Shown here piece after piece: positions 9,064-18,216 of a stretch of DNA of 64,000 bases. The stretch is from a bacterium (GTDB lineage: Bacteria; Cyanobacteriota; Vampirovibrionia; Gastranaerophilales; JAILCC01). The first letter of the stretch is position 1. Every line of letters begins with the position of its first letter. The stretch is from the NCBI GenBank assembly GCA_024680555.1, contig JAILCC010000018.1:49174-113173 (forward strand), read 5' to 3'. The translations under genes were made by a program, and so were the position numbers. The notes below the pieces were generated by a model. The model worked only from the letters and a program-made list of their open reading frames with translations, had not been told where the DNA came from and ran no database searches.

Positions 9064-12000
9064 ATGCCGTACGTACCCTTACATTTGCACACCGAGTACA
9101 GTTTGCTCGATGGGGCAATTAAAATAAAAGAGCTGGTCAAGTTTTGCAAGGAGCATGATATGCCTGCCTGCGCAATTACTGACCATGGCGTTGTGTATGG
9201 TGCAATTCAGTTTTATAAAGAAGCAAAAGAAAACAATGTAAAACCGATTTTGGGCTGCGAATTTTATGTTCATACGGGTGATATTCAAGAAAAAAATCCG
9301 AATAACAATCCTACGTTCCACCTTGTTTTGCTGGCAAAAAACAAGCAGGGTTACAAAAATCTCGTCAAATTGGTTAGTATTGCCCATTTAGACGGATTTT
9401 ATTATAAACCGAGAATTAACCATGAACTTATTAAACAATATTCCGAAGGTTTGATTTGTTTGAGTGCTTGTCTTGGCGGGGAAATCAATTCTTATGTCCT
9501 TCAAAACAAAATAGAAAAGGCAAAAGAAACGGCGCAGTGGTACAAGGATGTTTTTGGTGAAGATTATTATATTGAGCTTCAAGACCACAATTTGCCCGAA
9601 CAAAAGATGGCAAATCCTGTTTTGATGAGTATTGCCAAAGAACTTGGTATAGAAATGGTTATCACAAACGACAGCCATTATTTGAAACCTGAAGATGCAA
9701 AGGCGCAGGATATTCTTTTGTGCCTGCAAACTAAAAAGGACTATGATGATCCTAACCGAATGAGATTTCCAAACAATGAATTTTATGTAAAAAACGAAGA
9801 TGAATTAAGACAAACGTACAGTTGGATGGAAGATGCCGTATTTAAGCGTTGCATTGAAAATACGGTTAAGGTTGCTGATAAGTGTGATTTGATACTTGAA
9901 CTGGGTAAGACACTTTTGCCTGATTACGAAGTTCCGCAGGGTTATACTATTGAAACCTATTTGACCAAGCTTGTTATTGACGGTTTGAAAAGTAGATATG
10001 GCGAAATTACACCCGAACTTGATGAGCGCTATAAGTATGAATTGAGCGTAATTGAAAGAATGGGATTTTCTGCGTATTTTCTTATAGTTTGGGATTTCAT
10101 ACACTATTCAAAAACACATGGTATTCCTATCGGACCGGGGCGTGGTTCGGCGGCAGGCAGCTTGATAGCTTATGCACTTGGAATAACCGAAATCGATCCT
10201 ATTAAACATGGTTTGATGTTTGAAAGATTTTTAAATCCCGACCGTGTAAGCATGCCTGATGTTGACGTAGATATTTGCGCTAAAAAAAGAGGGTTGGCAG
10301 TGGAATATGTTACCCAAAAGTATGGTGCGGATAAGGTTTGTCAGATTATTACGTTCGGTACATTTGCCGCAAAAGCTGCGGTAAAAGGTGTCGCAAGGGT
10401 TTTGAAATTGGATTTTACCACCTCAAACAACCTTACAAAGATGATGGTTTCTGGGCCTAAGACAGTTATAGATGATTCTCTAAAAGAAGGAATGCCGTTA
10501 AAAGAAGTTTATGATTCTGATCCGAAGATTAAAGAAATTATTGATATTGCAAAATCGATTGAGGGGCTGACCAATAATACGGGTGTGCATGCGGCGGGTG
10601 TTATTATTGCAAAAGATCCTCTTATGGATACTGTTCCTCTGCAAAGAGCAAAAGAAGGTAATATCGTTGTTACATATCCTATGGCAAACATTGATGATGT
10701 CGGACTTTTGAAGATGGACTTTTTGGGCTTGAAAAACCTTACAGTTATCCAAGCTACTGTTGATATGGTCAAAGAGCGCAAAGGTATTGAACTTGATATG
10801 GACCACTTGCCTCTTGATGATGAAAAAGTTTATGAACTTTTATCAAAAGGTGAAACAAACGGTGTATTCCAGCTTGAATCGACAGGTATGAAGCAGATGG
10901 CTAAAGCAATGCACGCTTCGGTTTTTGAAGATATTTCAGCTATCGTTGCAATTTATCGTCCCGGCCCTATAGAAGCGCAGTACGATAAATTGTTTGTTGA
11001 CAGAAAAATGGGACGTAAGCCTATTGAGTATGAACATCCTCTGCTCGAGCCTATTTTAAAAGACACGTACGGTACAATGGTTTATCAGGAACAGATTATG
11101 AAAATTGTACAGGTGCTTGCCGGCTATACAATGGGAGAAGCTGATAAATTGCGTAAGGCAATGGGCAAAAAGAAAAAGGAAATCATGGACGAAAACCGTC
11201 CAAAGTTTGTTTCCGGTGCGGTTAAAAATGGTGTAGATGAAGCAAAAGCCAACGCTCTGTTTGATAATATGACAGAGTTCGCTAAATACTGTTTTAACAG
11301 GGCTCACACGGTTTGTTATGCTTATATTGCGTATGAAACCGCATATTTGAAAGTGCATTATCCTGTAGAATACTTTTCGGCACTTCTTTCTTCGGTTCGC
11401 AACGAGCAGGAAAAAACGCAATCTTATATTGCAGAGTGCCAAAAAATCGGTGTAAAGGTTTTGCCGCCAGATGTCAATTATTCAAGAGCAGACTTCTTCC
11501 CCGACGGAGATAACATTCGTTTTGGACTTGCTTCAATTAAAAATGTCGGTGTCGCTTTTATGGAAGAAGCTGCACGAGAAAGGGATAAAAAGCCGTTTGA
11601 AGATATGTTTGATTTTTGCAAACGTGTAAGGAGCTGCAACAAAAGAACATTGGAAAGCTTGATAAAAGTCGGTGCTTTTTCATTTACCGGCAAAAGTCGA
11701 AAGCAGCTTTTTAATAACATAGATTATATTATGGCAAGGGCTGATGAGCAGGTAAGAAAAGAAGAATCAGGGCAGCTGGATATATTTAGTTCTTTTGACG
11801 AACCTCCAAAAGTAGAGCTTGTCGGGAGCGAAGAGGAATTTACCGATAGTGAAATTCAGGCTTTTGAAAAAGAATTGTTGGGATTTTACGTTACATCTCA
11901 TCCGCTTTCAAGTATTGAAAAATGTCTGCCGTTTTTGACTACCCATTCGGTTGACGAACTTGCCGATATGAAAGACGGCGATACTGTTACCATTTGCGGA

Positions 12001-12570
12001 CTTTTGACAATGGTTCAATCAAAACTTACAAAAGATAAAACCGATTCAAAAGGGAATACCATACCCGGAAAACCATATACAATCGGTACTATTGAGGATT
12101 TGACAGGAAATATTGATTTTCTGCTTTTCCCGCCCAAAAAGAAAAAAAATTCTGATGCCGAAAAAGTTGAAGACGAAAATAAACAAGATGACTATGCAAC
12201 GATGGCGGGAGATTTAAAGCCGGAGTCAAAGGTTATTATTGGCGGTAAATTGAAAAAAGAAGAAGATGAAGATAACCCGTCAATGAAAATATTTGTAAGC
12301 AGCGTGAGACCTGTTGCGAATACAAATATTGTAAATGTGAAATTGAAAAAAGACATAAAATACGAAAATATGATAGAGATGCGTGAAACTTTTGTTAAGC
12401 ATAAGGGTGAGGACCCAGTCATATTTAATGTTGACGGCAGAAAAATTCTTGCCAATCCTGCCTTGTGGGTAAATGTTACAAATGATTTTTTGGCAGAGGT
12501 AAATACAAACTGGGGAAATTATGTTGAAATAGATGCCCGTTCGCTTGATGAGGAGAGTGTTTCATTATAA
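9064..12570 (+). CDS. dnaE: DNA polymerase III alpha subunit
   Basis: PHP domain start 'YVPLHLHTEYSLLDGA', then polymerase core 'PDVDVDI', 'GLLKMDFLGLKNLT' and 'FNRAHTVCYAYIAYETAYLK'. Confidence 0.95.
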   Translation: MPYVPLHLHTEYSLLDGAIKIKELVKFCKEHDMPACAITDHGVVYGAIQFYKEAKENNVKPILGCEFYVHTGDIQEKNPNNNPTFHLVLLAKNKQGYKNLVKLVSIAHLDGFYYKPRINHELIKQYSEGLICLSACLGGEINSYVLQNKIEKAKETAQWYKDVFGEDYYIELQDHNLPEQKMANPVLMSIAKELGIEMVITNDSHYLKPEDAKAQDILLCLQTKKDYDDPNRMRFPNNEFYVKNEDELRQTYSWMEDAVFKRCIENTVKVADKCDLILELGKTLLPDYEVPQGYTIETYLTKLVIDGLKSRYGEITPELDERYKYELSVIERMGFSAYFLIVWDFIHYSKTHGIPIGPGRGSAAGSLIAYALGITEIDPIKHGLMFERFLNPDRVSMPDVDVDICAKKRGLAVEYVTQKYGADKVCQIITFGTFAAKAAVKGVARVLKLDFTTSNNLTKMMVSGPKTVIDDSLKEGMPLKEVYDSDPKIKEIIDIAKSIEGLTNNTGVHAAGVIIAKDPLMDTVPLQRAKEGNIVVTYPMANIDDVGLLKMDFLGLKNLTVIQATVDMVKERKGIELDMDHLPLDDEKVYELLSKGETNGVFQLESTGMKQMAKAMHASVFEDISAIVAIYRPGPIEAQYDKLFVDRKMGRKPIEYEHPLLEPILKDTYGTMVYQEQIMKIVQVLAGYTMGEADKLRKAMGKKKKEIMDENRPKFVSGAVKNGVDEAKANALFDNMTEFAKYCFNRAHTVCYAYIAYETAYLKVHYPVEYFSALLSSVRNEQEKTQSYIAECQKIGVKVLPPDVNYSRADFFPDGDNIRFGLASIKNVGVAFMEEAARERDKKPFEDMFDFCKRVRSCNKRTLESLIKVGAFSFTGKSRKQLFNNIDYIMARADEQVRKEESGQLDIFSSFDEPPKVELVGSEEEFTDSEIQAFEKELLGFYVTSHPLSSIEKCLPFLTTHSVDELADMKDGDTVTICGLLTMVQSKLTKDKTDSKGNTIPGKPYTIGTIEDLTGNIDFLLFPPKKKKNSDAEKVEDENKQDDYATMAGDLKPESKVIIGGKLKKEEDEDNPSMKIFVSSVRPVANTNIVNVKLKKDIKYENMIEMRETFVKHKGEDPVIFNVDGRKILANPALWVNVTNDFLAEVNTNWGNYVEIDARSLDEESVSL

Positions 12571-12634
12571 AGTAGTTGTATTTTTTTAAAAAAAATGCAA
12601 TAATTATAGTCGATATTGATATGAGGATTTTAAT

Positions 12635-13135
12635 ATGGCTCAAGATGAAAAAAATCTATTGTTTGAACAATACAAACTATATTATGAAATGAAAGAAAAG
12701 TTTGTTGACAGAAACTTTACGACAAACAAATTCTACTTGTCGTTAATCGTTGCAATTTATGTTGTAATGTTTTTCACCAGAGATATATCTTTTGACTACA
12801 ACATCTCTGCAAATTTGGTAATGGCTCTTATTGGTATGGCTGTTTCATTTTTCTGGTGGTCAAATGCTGATTCATATAACGTTATGATTAAGGTAAAACT
12901 TAAACACGTAATTGACGAAATGGAAAAACAACTTCCGTTTGCACCGCACCTTCTTGAAATGCAAAACTATGCAAATTATAAGAAACAAAATAAATTGATT
13001 ATCTTCTCTGATATTCAAAAAGGTATTGCAATTGCAATGGCATTGATATTCTTTGTATTGTTCCTTTTTGAACTTGCATATCCTTTGATTGTAATTTTCT
13101 ATGGTCCTGTAGATTCTACATTAGGCGTGTTATAG
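12635..13135 (+). CDS. Small three-TM membrane protein of unknown function
   Basis: 166 aa: amphipathic N-terminus, two central TM helices, one C-terminal TM. Followed by a strong terminator. Confidence 0.6.
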   Translation: MAQDEKNLLFEQYKLYYEMKEKFVDRNFTTNKFYLSLIVAIYVVMFFTRDISFDYNISANLVMALIGMAVSFFWWSNADSYNVMIKVKLKHVIDEMEKQLPFAPHLLEMQNYANYKKQNKLIIFSDIQKGIAIAMALIFFVLFLFELAYPLIVIFYGPVDSTLGVL

Positions 13136-13156
13136 AAAGAAACATAATTCAGAAAA

Positions 13157-13186
13157 AAGAGCGGTTTATTACCGCTCTTTTTTTAT
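13157..13186 (+). terminator. Intrinsic terminator of the 166-aa membrane protein gene
   Basis: Stem AAGAGCGGT/ACCGCTCTT, 5-nt loop, T6 run. Confidence 0.85.
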
Positions 13187-13196
13187 TTGTTTTTAA

Positions 13197-13411
13197 GATT
13201 TTCTTCCATTCCATAGAATTATTCACAGAGACGTGCTGGGTTCGCTAGGCTCACACGGCGCACTTGCCAAAATCCGCTTCTTGGATTATTGGCAGTTCAT
13301 AATTCTTCATTCCATTTCAGAAAATCAGGAGATTTTCTTCCATTCCATAGAATTATTCACAGAGACGTGCTGGGTTCGCTAGGCTCACACGGCGCACTAG
13401 CCAAAATCCGC
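13197..13411 (-). repeat. Interspersed repeat family, locus A: one full and one truncated Y unit (minus-strand orientation)
   Basis: Two copies with a 134-bp period. The reverse complement matches the Y units at 30578-30711 and 46207-46451. The first base coincides with the last base of the rel stop codon. Confidence 0.9.
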
Positions 13412-15573
13412 TACTTGCGTTTGCTGCTATTTTGTGACGAGTGAGTTCGTTTAACAGAAATGACTTCCGGCATTGCTTCGATAGAGTTCATAATTCTTGT
13501 TAAACTGTCTATGTCTTGAACTTCTAAGCCCAATTCAATAATGCCTTTTTTGCCGTATCTTGTAAAGCCGTTTGCAAAGGCGATGTTAATTTTGTTGTCC
13601 GTAACTTTTGTCAAAATTTGTTGTAAAATACCGATTTTATCTTCAGTCTCAATTTTAATCGGAACGACATAAGTTTTGTTGAGGTGAACTTCTGCCCAAC
13701 TGATTTTCATGAGCCTTTCTTCGGGAATTTCCTTTAAAGTAGGGCAATCCGCTCTATGAACGCTGACACCCCTGCTTCTTGTTATTGCTCCGACTATAGG
13801 TTCGCCCGGAATTGGAGTGCAGCATTTAGAAATGTGGTATAGCATACCTTCTAAACCGATGATATCTTTTGCGCCCGATTTGGATTTGCCGGTTGTTTTT
13901 ATAACAATGTCGCCGCCTTTATCAAGTTTTTTAAGTTTATTTATAACTTTGTGGGTGGAAGTTTCGCCGTATCCTATTGCGGCAAACAAATCTTCTTGAG
14001 AAGTGAAATTCAAGTCTTTTGCAATTCTTTCAAATTCACCGATATTTTCATATTCATCAAAATGCGCTTTTGATATTTCGTGTTCAAGCATTTCTTTGCC
14101 GAGGGTAATATATTCATCACGTTTATTCTTTTTGAACCAGAGTTTTATTTTTGATTTAGCTGCGTTTGTGGCGCAAATATTTATCCAATCCCATTTTGGA
14201 TTGGGTGTCTTTGCCGTGATAATTTCAACAATATCACCAGTGAAAAGTTTTGTTTCCAACGGAACAATTCTGCCGTTGATTTTTGCGCCGACGGTTTTGT
14301 GTCCGACTTGCGTGTGTACACGGTACGCAAAGTCGATTGGTGTTGCTCCGCTCGGTAAGTCGATAACGTCTCCCATCGGAGTGAATACAAATACTTGGTC
14401 TGAGAATAGGTCTAATTTTACTAAATCAACGTATTCTTTTGCATCTTTTGCATTTTCCTGTACTTCTGCAAGTTTTCTGAGCCATGTGAATTTTTTATCA
14501 GCTTCCGTAACTTTTACGGAGCCTGCTTCTTTGTATTTCCAGTGTGCAGCAATACCAAATTCCGCTTCTTCATGCATCTGCTGCGTACGAATTTGAATTT
14601 CAACAGGTTTACCTTTAGGACCTATTACAGATGTGTGCAAAGAGCGGTAGAGGTTGCTTTTGGGCATTGCTATGTAGTCTTTAAATCTGCCGGGGATGGG
14701 TTTAAAAATAGAGTGAATTATACCTAAAACTCCATAGCAGTCACGCAAGTTATCAACAATTACACGGACAGCAATTATGTCGAAGAGCTCGTGATAATCT
14801 TTTTGCTGACGTTTCATTTTTGCATAAATACTGTAGTAGTGCTTTGCTCTGCCGTTGATTTTTGCCTTAATATCGGCTTTTTGCAGAGAAAGTTGAATTG
14901 TTTCTATTAATGTCTGTACAACTTCATCTCTTTCGGCTTTTGTTTGAGCTACATTCTTAACTACTTCATAATATTTTTCGGGTTCGGTATATCTGAGCGA
15001 TAAATCTTCAAGCTCTGCTTTGATACGTCCGATACCGAGACGGTTTGCCAAAGGTGCAAATATTTCAAGGGTTTCTTGCGCAATGCGTTTTTGTTTTTGA
15101 ATAGGCATGTGATTAAGAGTACGCATATTATGTAATCTGTCTGCGAGTTTTAATAAAATTACCCTTACGTCTTCCGCCATAGATACAAACATTTTTCGGA
15201 AGTTTTCTGCTTGTCTGTCCTCTTTGGACTTAAATTCCAATTTCCCTAATTTTGTTACGCCGTTAACAAGCTTCAAAACTTCTTCGCCAAATTTTTCCTT
15301 AATTTCGTCTGCCGTAACCTCTGTATCTTCAAGTACATCGTGCAATAGAGATGCCATAATTGTAGGAGTGTCCGCCTTAAACTCCGCAAGAATTTTAGCA
15401 ACTTCAACAGGGTGAATGATATAGGGTTCTTCGCTGGCACGGTACTGACCTTCGTGCTTGGCAGCAGCGTATTCATACGTTTCCCTTATTTTATCAATGT
15501 CCTCTTGCGAGCGACCTTGTTTTTTTAATATAATTTCAAGAGGTTCAAATATATTTGCCGGCATGGATTTCAC
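13411..15573 (-). CDS. rel: Bifunctional (p)ppGpp synthetase/hydrolase (RelA/SpoT homologue)
   Basis: HD hydrolase motif (HPVEVA...LLHDVLEDT), RelA/SpoT synthetase region (YRSLHTSV), TGS and ACT-like C-terminus. Confidence 0.92.
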   Translation of the reverse strand: MKSMPANIFEPLEIILKKQGRSQEDIDKIRETYEYAAAKHEGQYRASEEPYIIHPVEVAKILAEFKADTPTIMASLLHDVLEDTEVTADEIKEKFGEEVLKLVNGVTKLGKLEFKSKEDRQAENFRKMFVSMAEDVRVILLKLADRLHNMRTLNHMPIQKQKRIAQETLEIFAPLANRLGIGRIKAELEDLSLRYTEPEKYYEVVKNVAQTKAERDEVVQTLIETIQLSLQKADIKAKINGRAKHYYSIYAKMKRQQKDYHELFDIIAVRVIVDNLRDCYGVLGIIHSIFKPIPGRFKDYIAMPKSNLYRSLHTSVIGPKGKPVEIQIRTQQMHEEAEFGIAAHWKYKEAGSVKVTEADKKFTWLRKLAEVQENAKDAKEYVDLVKLDLFSDQVFVFTPMGDVIDLPSGATPIDFAYRVHTQVGHKTVGAKINGRIVPLETKLFTGDIVEIITAKTPNPKWDWINICATNAAKSKIKLWFKKNKRDEYITLGKEMLEHEISKAHFDEYENIGEFERIAKDLNFTSQEDLFAAIGYGETSTHKVINKLKKLDKGGDIVIKTTGKSKSGAKDIIGLEGMLYHISKCCTPIPGEPIVGAITRSRGVSVHRADCPTLKEIPEERLMKISWAEVHLNKTYVVPIKIETEDKIGILQQILTKVTDNKINIAFANGFTRYGKKGIIELGLEVQDIDSLTRIMNSIEAMPEVISVKRTHSSQNSSKRK

Positions 15574-15614
15574 TCTATTCTTTTGAACATTATTTTACAA
15601 CTTTTTTATGGCTT

Positions 15615-15923
15615 ATGCAAAATATCGACGATTTAAAAATAACAAAAACCAATGATGGCGTGTCTTTTCGGGTAAAAGTGGTTCCGAATTCTTCTGCTTC
15701 AAAGGTTGTAGAGGCAAATGAGGAATTTGTAAAAATAAAGCTGAATTCTCCGCCTATAGAAGGCAGGGCAAATAAAGAAGTTATCGAATTGCTTTCAAAA
15801 GTTCTTGATGTCCCAAAGACATCTATAGAACTTGTAAGCGGGGATAAAAGCAAACTAAAAACGCTGAAAGTTCCTCTCAGCGAGGAGCAAGTACGTGAAA
15901 AAATACTTGAAGCGCTGAGCTAA
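15615..15923 (+). CDS. yggU: DUF167/YggU family protein
   Basis: 'VSFRVKVVPNSSASKVV...IKLNSPPIEGRANKEVIELLSKVL...LVSGDKSKLK' is a typical YggU pattern. Start moved to the internal ATG. Confidence 0.75.
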   Translation: MQNIDDLKITKTNDGVSFRVKVVPNSSASKVVEANEEFVKIKLNSPPIEGRANKEVIELLSKVLDVPKTSIELVSGDKSKLKTLKVPLSEEQVREKILEALS

Positions 15924-15924
15924 A

Positions 15925-16098
15925 TTATTCTTCAGGTTGAAGTTTACCTGTTATACTTACGTGAGTTTCGCCAACTTCTAAATTTTCTATTTCTTCCTGT
16001 TCATCAGTGAAGAAAAATTCTGCCCTGGCGAAATCACCTGTGTTTTCACGTCTTTTTACTTCATAGCTTAATTTTCTTAAAAATTCCTTTATTGCCAT
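15925..16098 (-). CDS. Small hypothetical protein, 57 aa (below the ORF-track cutoff)
   Basis: My own translation: MAIKEFLRKLSYEVKRRENTGDFARAEFFFTDEQEEIENLEVGETHVSITGKLQPEE. AAAGGTGA RBS lies 6 nt upstream and a sigma-28-type promoter 42 nt upstream. Confidence 0.5.
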   Translation of the reverse strand: MAIKEFLRKLSYEVKRRENTGDFARAEFFFTDEQEEIENLEVGETHVSITGKLQPEE

Positions 16099-16139
16099 AA
16101 TATCACCTTTCTAACAATACACTTATCCCTACGGTATCC

Positions 16140-16167
16140 TTATCGGCAGTTTTGATGAAAAACTTTA
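16140..16167 (-). promoter_or_regulatory. Sigma-28 (FliA)-type promoter, TAAAGTTT-N12-GCCGATAA
   Basis: The minus strand reads TAAAGTTT (16167-16160), a 12-nt spacer, then GCCGATAA (16147-16140). Both octamers match the consensus exactly. Confidence 0.7.
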
Positions 16168-16473
16168 GGTTTTTAGGGTAAATTGTTACAATTAGTTAAC
16201 AAATATTGCAGATGCAACATTTGATAAAGACGGTAATTTAAATCTTGTAATTGAAGATTTGTATAATTTTAATCAAGTCAGAACAAGTGTCAAAGGTAGA
16301 GTTGGCGAGAAATTTCAAAATCAGGGTGATTTAATTCCCTATTACATAAGAGTAGACGTAAAATCTCCAAAACAGAATTAGATAAATGTTAAAATAATGG
16401 GAAAAGGTTATAAGTTTTCGGATATGCACAAATGCACTCTACTTCAATAAATTTTTTTGTAGTATGATTTTAT

Positions 16474-17241
16474 ATGCAGATGAGGAATATTATGACTACA
16501 ATGCTAAGTTCACAGGTTCAGGAAATAAGTGAGTTAGTTCAAAAAACTAACCTAAAACACATTGCCATAATTATGGACGGAAACCGCCGTTGGGCAAAAA
16601 GCAAGTTTCTTCCCTCAGCCGCAGGTCATTCTCAAGGGGTAAATGCACTGAAAAGAACAGTTACCGCTGCGCAGGATGGCGGTGTTAAAACGCTTACGGT
16701 TTATGCTTTTTCGACTGAAAATTGGAACAGAAAGAAAGAAGAAGTTGATTTTTTAATGGAATTGCTTGCTCAAACTATTGCCAATGAATTATCCGAACTT
16801 TTTGAAAAAAATGTCAGAATGAAATTTATCGGCGATTTAACAAGATTTTCTGAAAGACTTCGCAAAATTTTTGATGATGCAGAAGAAAAAACAAAAAATA
16901 ATACGGGTTTGTTGTTGCAAATAGCTATAAATTACGGCGCAAGAGATGAAATTAAAAATGCGGTAAAACAGATTGCTAAAGAAGTTCAAGCAGGAACATT
17001 GCTTCCTGATGAAATAACCGAAGATACTATTTCTCAAAGACTTTATACAAAAGATGTTGAGGAGCCTGATTTGTTAATACGTACTGGTGGTGAAATGCGA
17101 ATAAGCAACTATCTTTTGTGGCAAATTGCATATAGTGAATTTTATGTGACAGATACGTTTTGGCCCGATTTTGGCGAAGATGATTTGCTTAGTGCTATAA
17201 GAGCTTTTGCAAAAAGAGAAAGAAGATTTGGTAAAAACTAA
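16474..17241 (+). CDS. uppS: Undecaprenyl-diphosphate synthase
   Basis: 'HIAIIMDGNRRWA', 'LTVYAFSTENWNR' and 'DLLIRTGGEMRISNYLLWQ' motifs. The true start could be a downstream ATG. Confidence 0.92.
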   Translation: MQMRNIMTTMLSSQVQEISELVQKTNLKHIAIIMDGNRRWAKSKFLPSAAGHSQGVNALKRTVTAAQDGGVKTLTVYAFSTENWNRKKEEVDFLMELLAQTIANELSELFEKNVRMKFIGDLTRFSERLRKIFDDAEEKTKNNTGLLLQIAINYGARDEIKNAVKQIAKEVQAGTLLPDEITEDTISQRLYTKDVEEPDLLIRTGGEMRISNYLLWQIAYSEFYVTDTFWPDFGEDDLLSAIRAFAKRERRFGKN

Positions 17242-17846
17242 TGAACGAGCTTGTTTTTGCTACATCTAACCCAAATAAAATTCTCGAGGTGCAAACAAAA
17301 ATTGATTCGGAAAAATTTCCGATAAAAATTATTCCTGTTCCGCAGCCGTTTGACCCTGTTGAGGACGGCGAAACATTTTTGGAAAATGCTTATATAAAGG
17401 CGTTTGAAGCTGCAAAAAAGACAGGCAGGCTTTCTTTTGCTGACGATACAGGACTTTGCGTTGAGGCTTTGAACGGCAGACCGGGGCTGTATAGTGCAAG
17501 ATATGCACCGACAGGTGAAGAAAAAGTTCAAAAAATGCTTTCTGAAATGGAGCCGTTTAAGACTCTTGACGAAAGAAAAGCGTATTTTACCTGTGCGATA
17601 GTCCTTGTCAGACCTGACGGAGAAACGATTTTTTCTTGTCAATCAAAGTTTGAAGGGTTTATTGATTTTTCGCCAAAAGGCTCTCACGGCTTCGGGTATG
17701 ATCCGATTTTTATGGTGAAAGAGTTGGGCAAAAACCTTGCAGAGCTTTCCACCGAAGAAAAAAATACGGTTTCTCACAGAGCTTTGGCACTAAAAGAATT
17801 TACCAATTGGCTCAGTTCTCATAACATCTTTGAAGATGCTCAATAA
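17241..17846 (+). CDS. rdgB: dITP/XTP pyrophosphatase (RdgB/HAM1 family)
   Basis: 'LVFATSNPNKILE', 'ADDTGLCVEALNGRPGLYSARY', 'GFGYDPIF' and 'SHRALAL'. The start overlaps the uppS stop (ATGA-type). Confidence 0.9.
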   Translation: MNELVFATSNPNKILEVQTKIDSEKFPIKIIPVPQPFDPVEDGETFLENAYIKAFEAAKKTGRLSFADDTGLCVEALNGRPGLYSARYAPTGEEKVQKMLSEMEPFKTLDERKAYFTCAIVLVRPDGETIFSCQSKFEGFIDFSPKGSHGFGYDPIFMVKELGKNLAELSTEEKNTVSHRALALKEFTNWLSSHNIFEDAQ

Positions 17847-18117
17847 CTTTGATTTTGTTTGTGTACAAGTATTTTATAAAGCCGATATTGTGTATTGAAA
17901 TTGATGAAATAATAACATTTATTTCAAATCCGTCTGAGCAAAAAGGTTCATAATCGTAAGTTACGTAGCTATTATATTTGCTTTTCCATTCTTTTTTTTC
18001 TATTGCGGCATTGTTTTCATAAACTATATTATCAAACCAATCGAGAAGCTCTTTGGGTACATTATAAAATTCGGCAAAGTACACATCTGAGTGCAGATTT
18101 CTTTGTCTTAATGCCAT
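17812..18117 (-). CDS. Hypothetical protein, 101 aa
   Basis: Strong AGGAGGG RBS 5 nt upstream of the ATG. No recognisable domain. The 3' end overlaps the rdgB 3' end by 35 nt. Confidence 0.45.
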   Translation of the reverse strand: MALRQRNLHSDVYFAEFYNVPKELLDWFDNIVYENNAAIEKKEWKSKYNSYVTYDYEPFCSDGFEINVIISSISIHNIGFIKYLYTNKIKVIEHLQRCYEN

Positions 18118-18216
18118 AATTCCCTCCTGAATATGTGTGGTGCTACAATTAGCACCCTACTTATTTTAAGAGGGTGTGTTCGGTTTTTTATCGCCTGTGT
18201 GGGGGGTATAGAAAAA

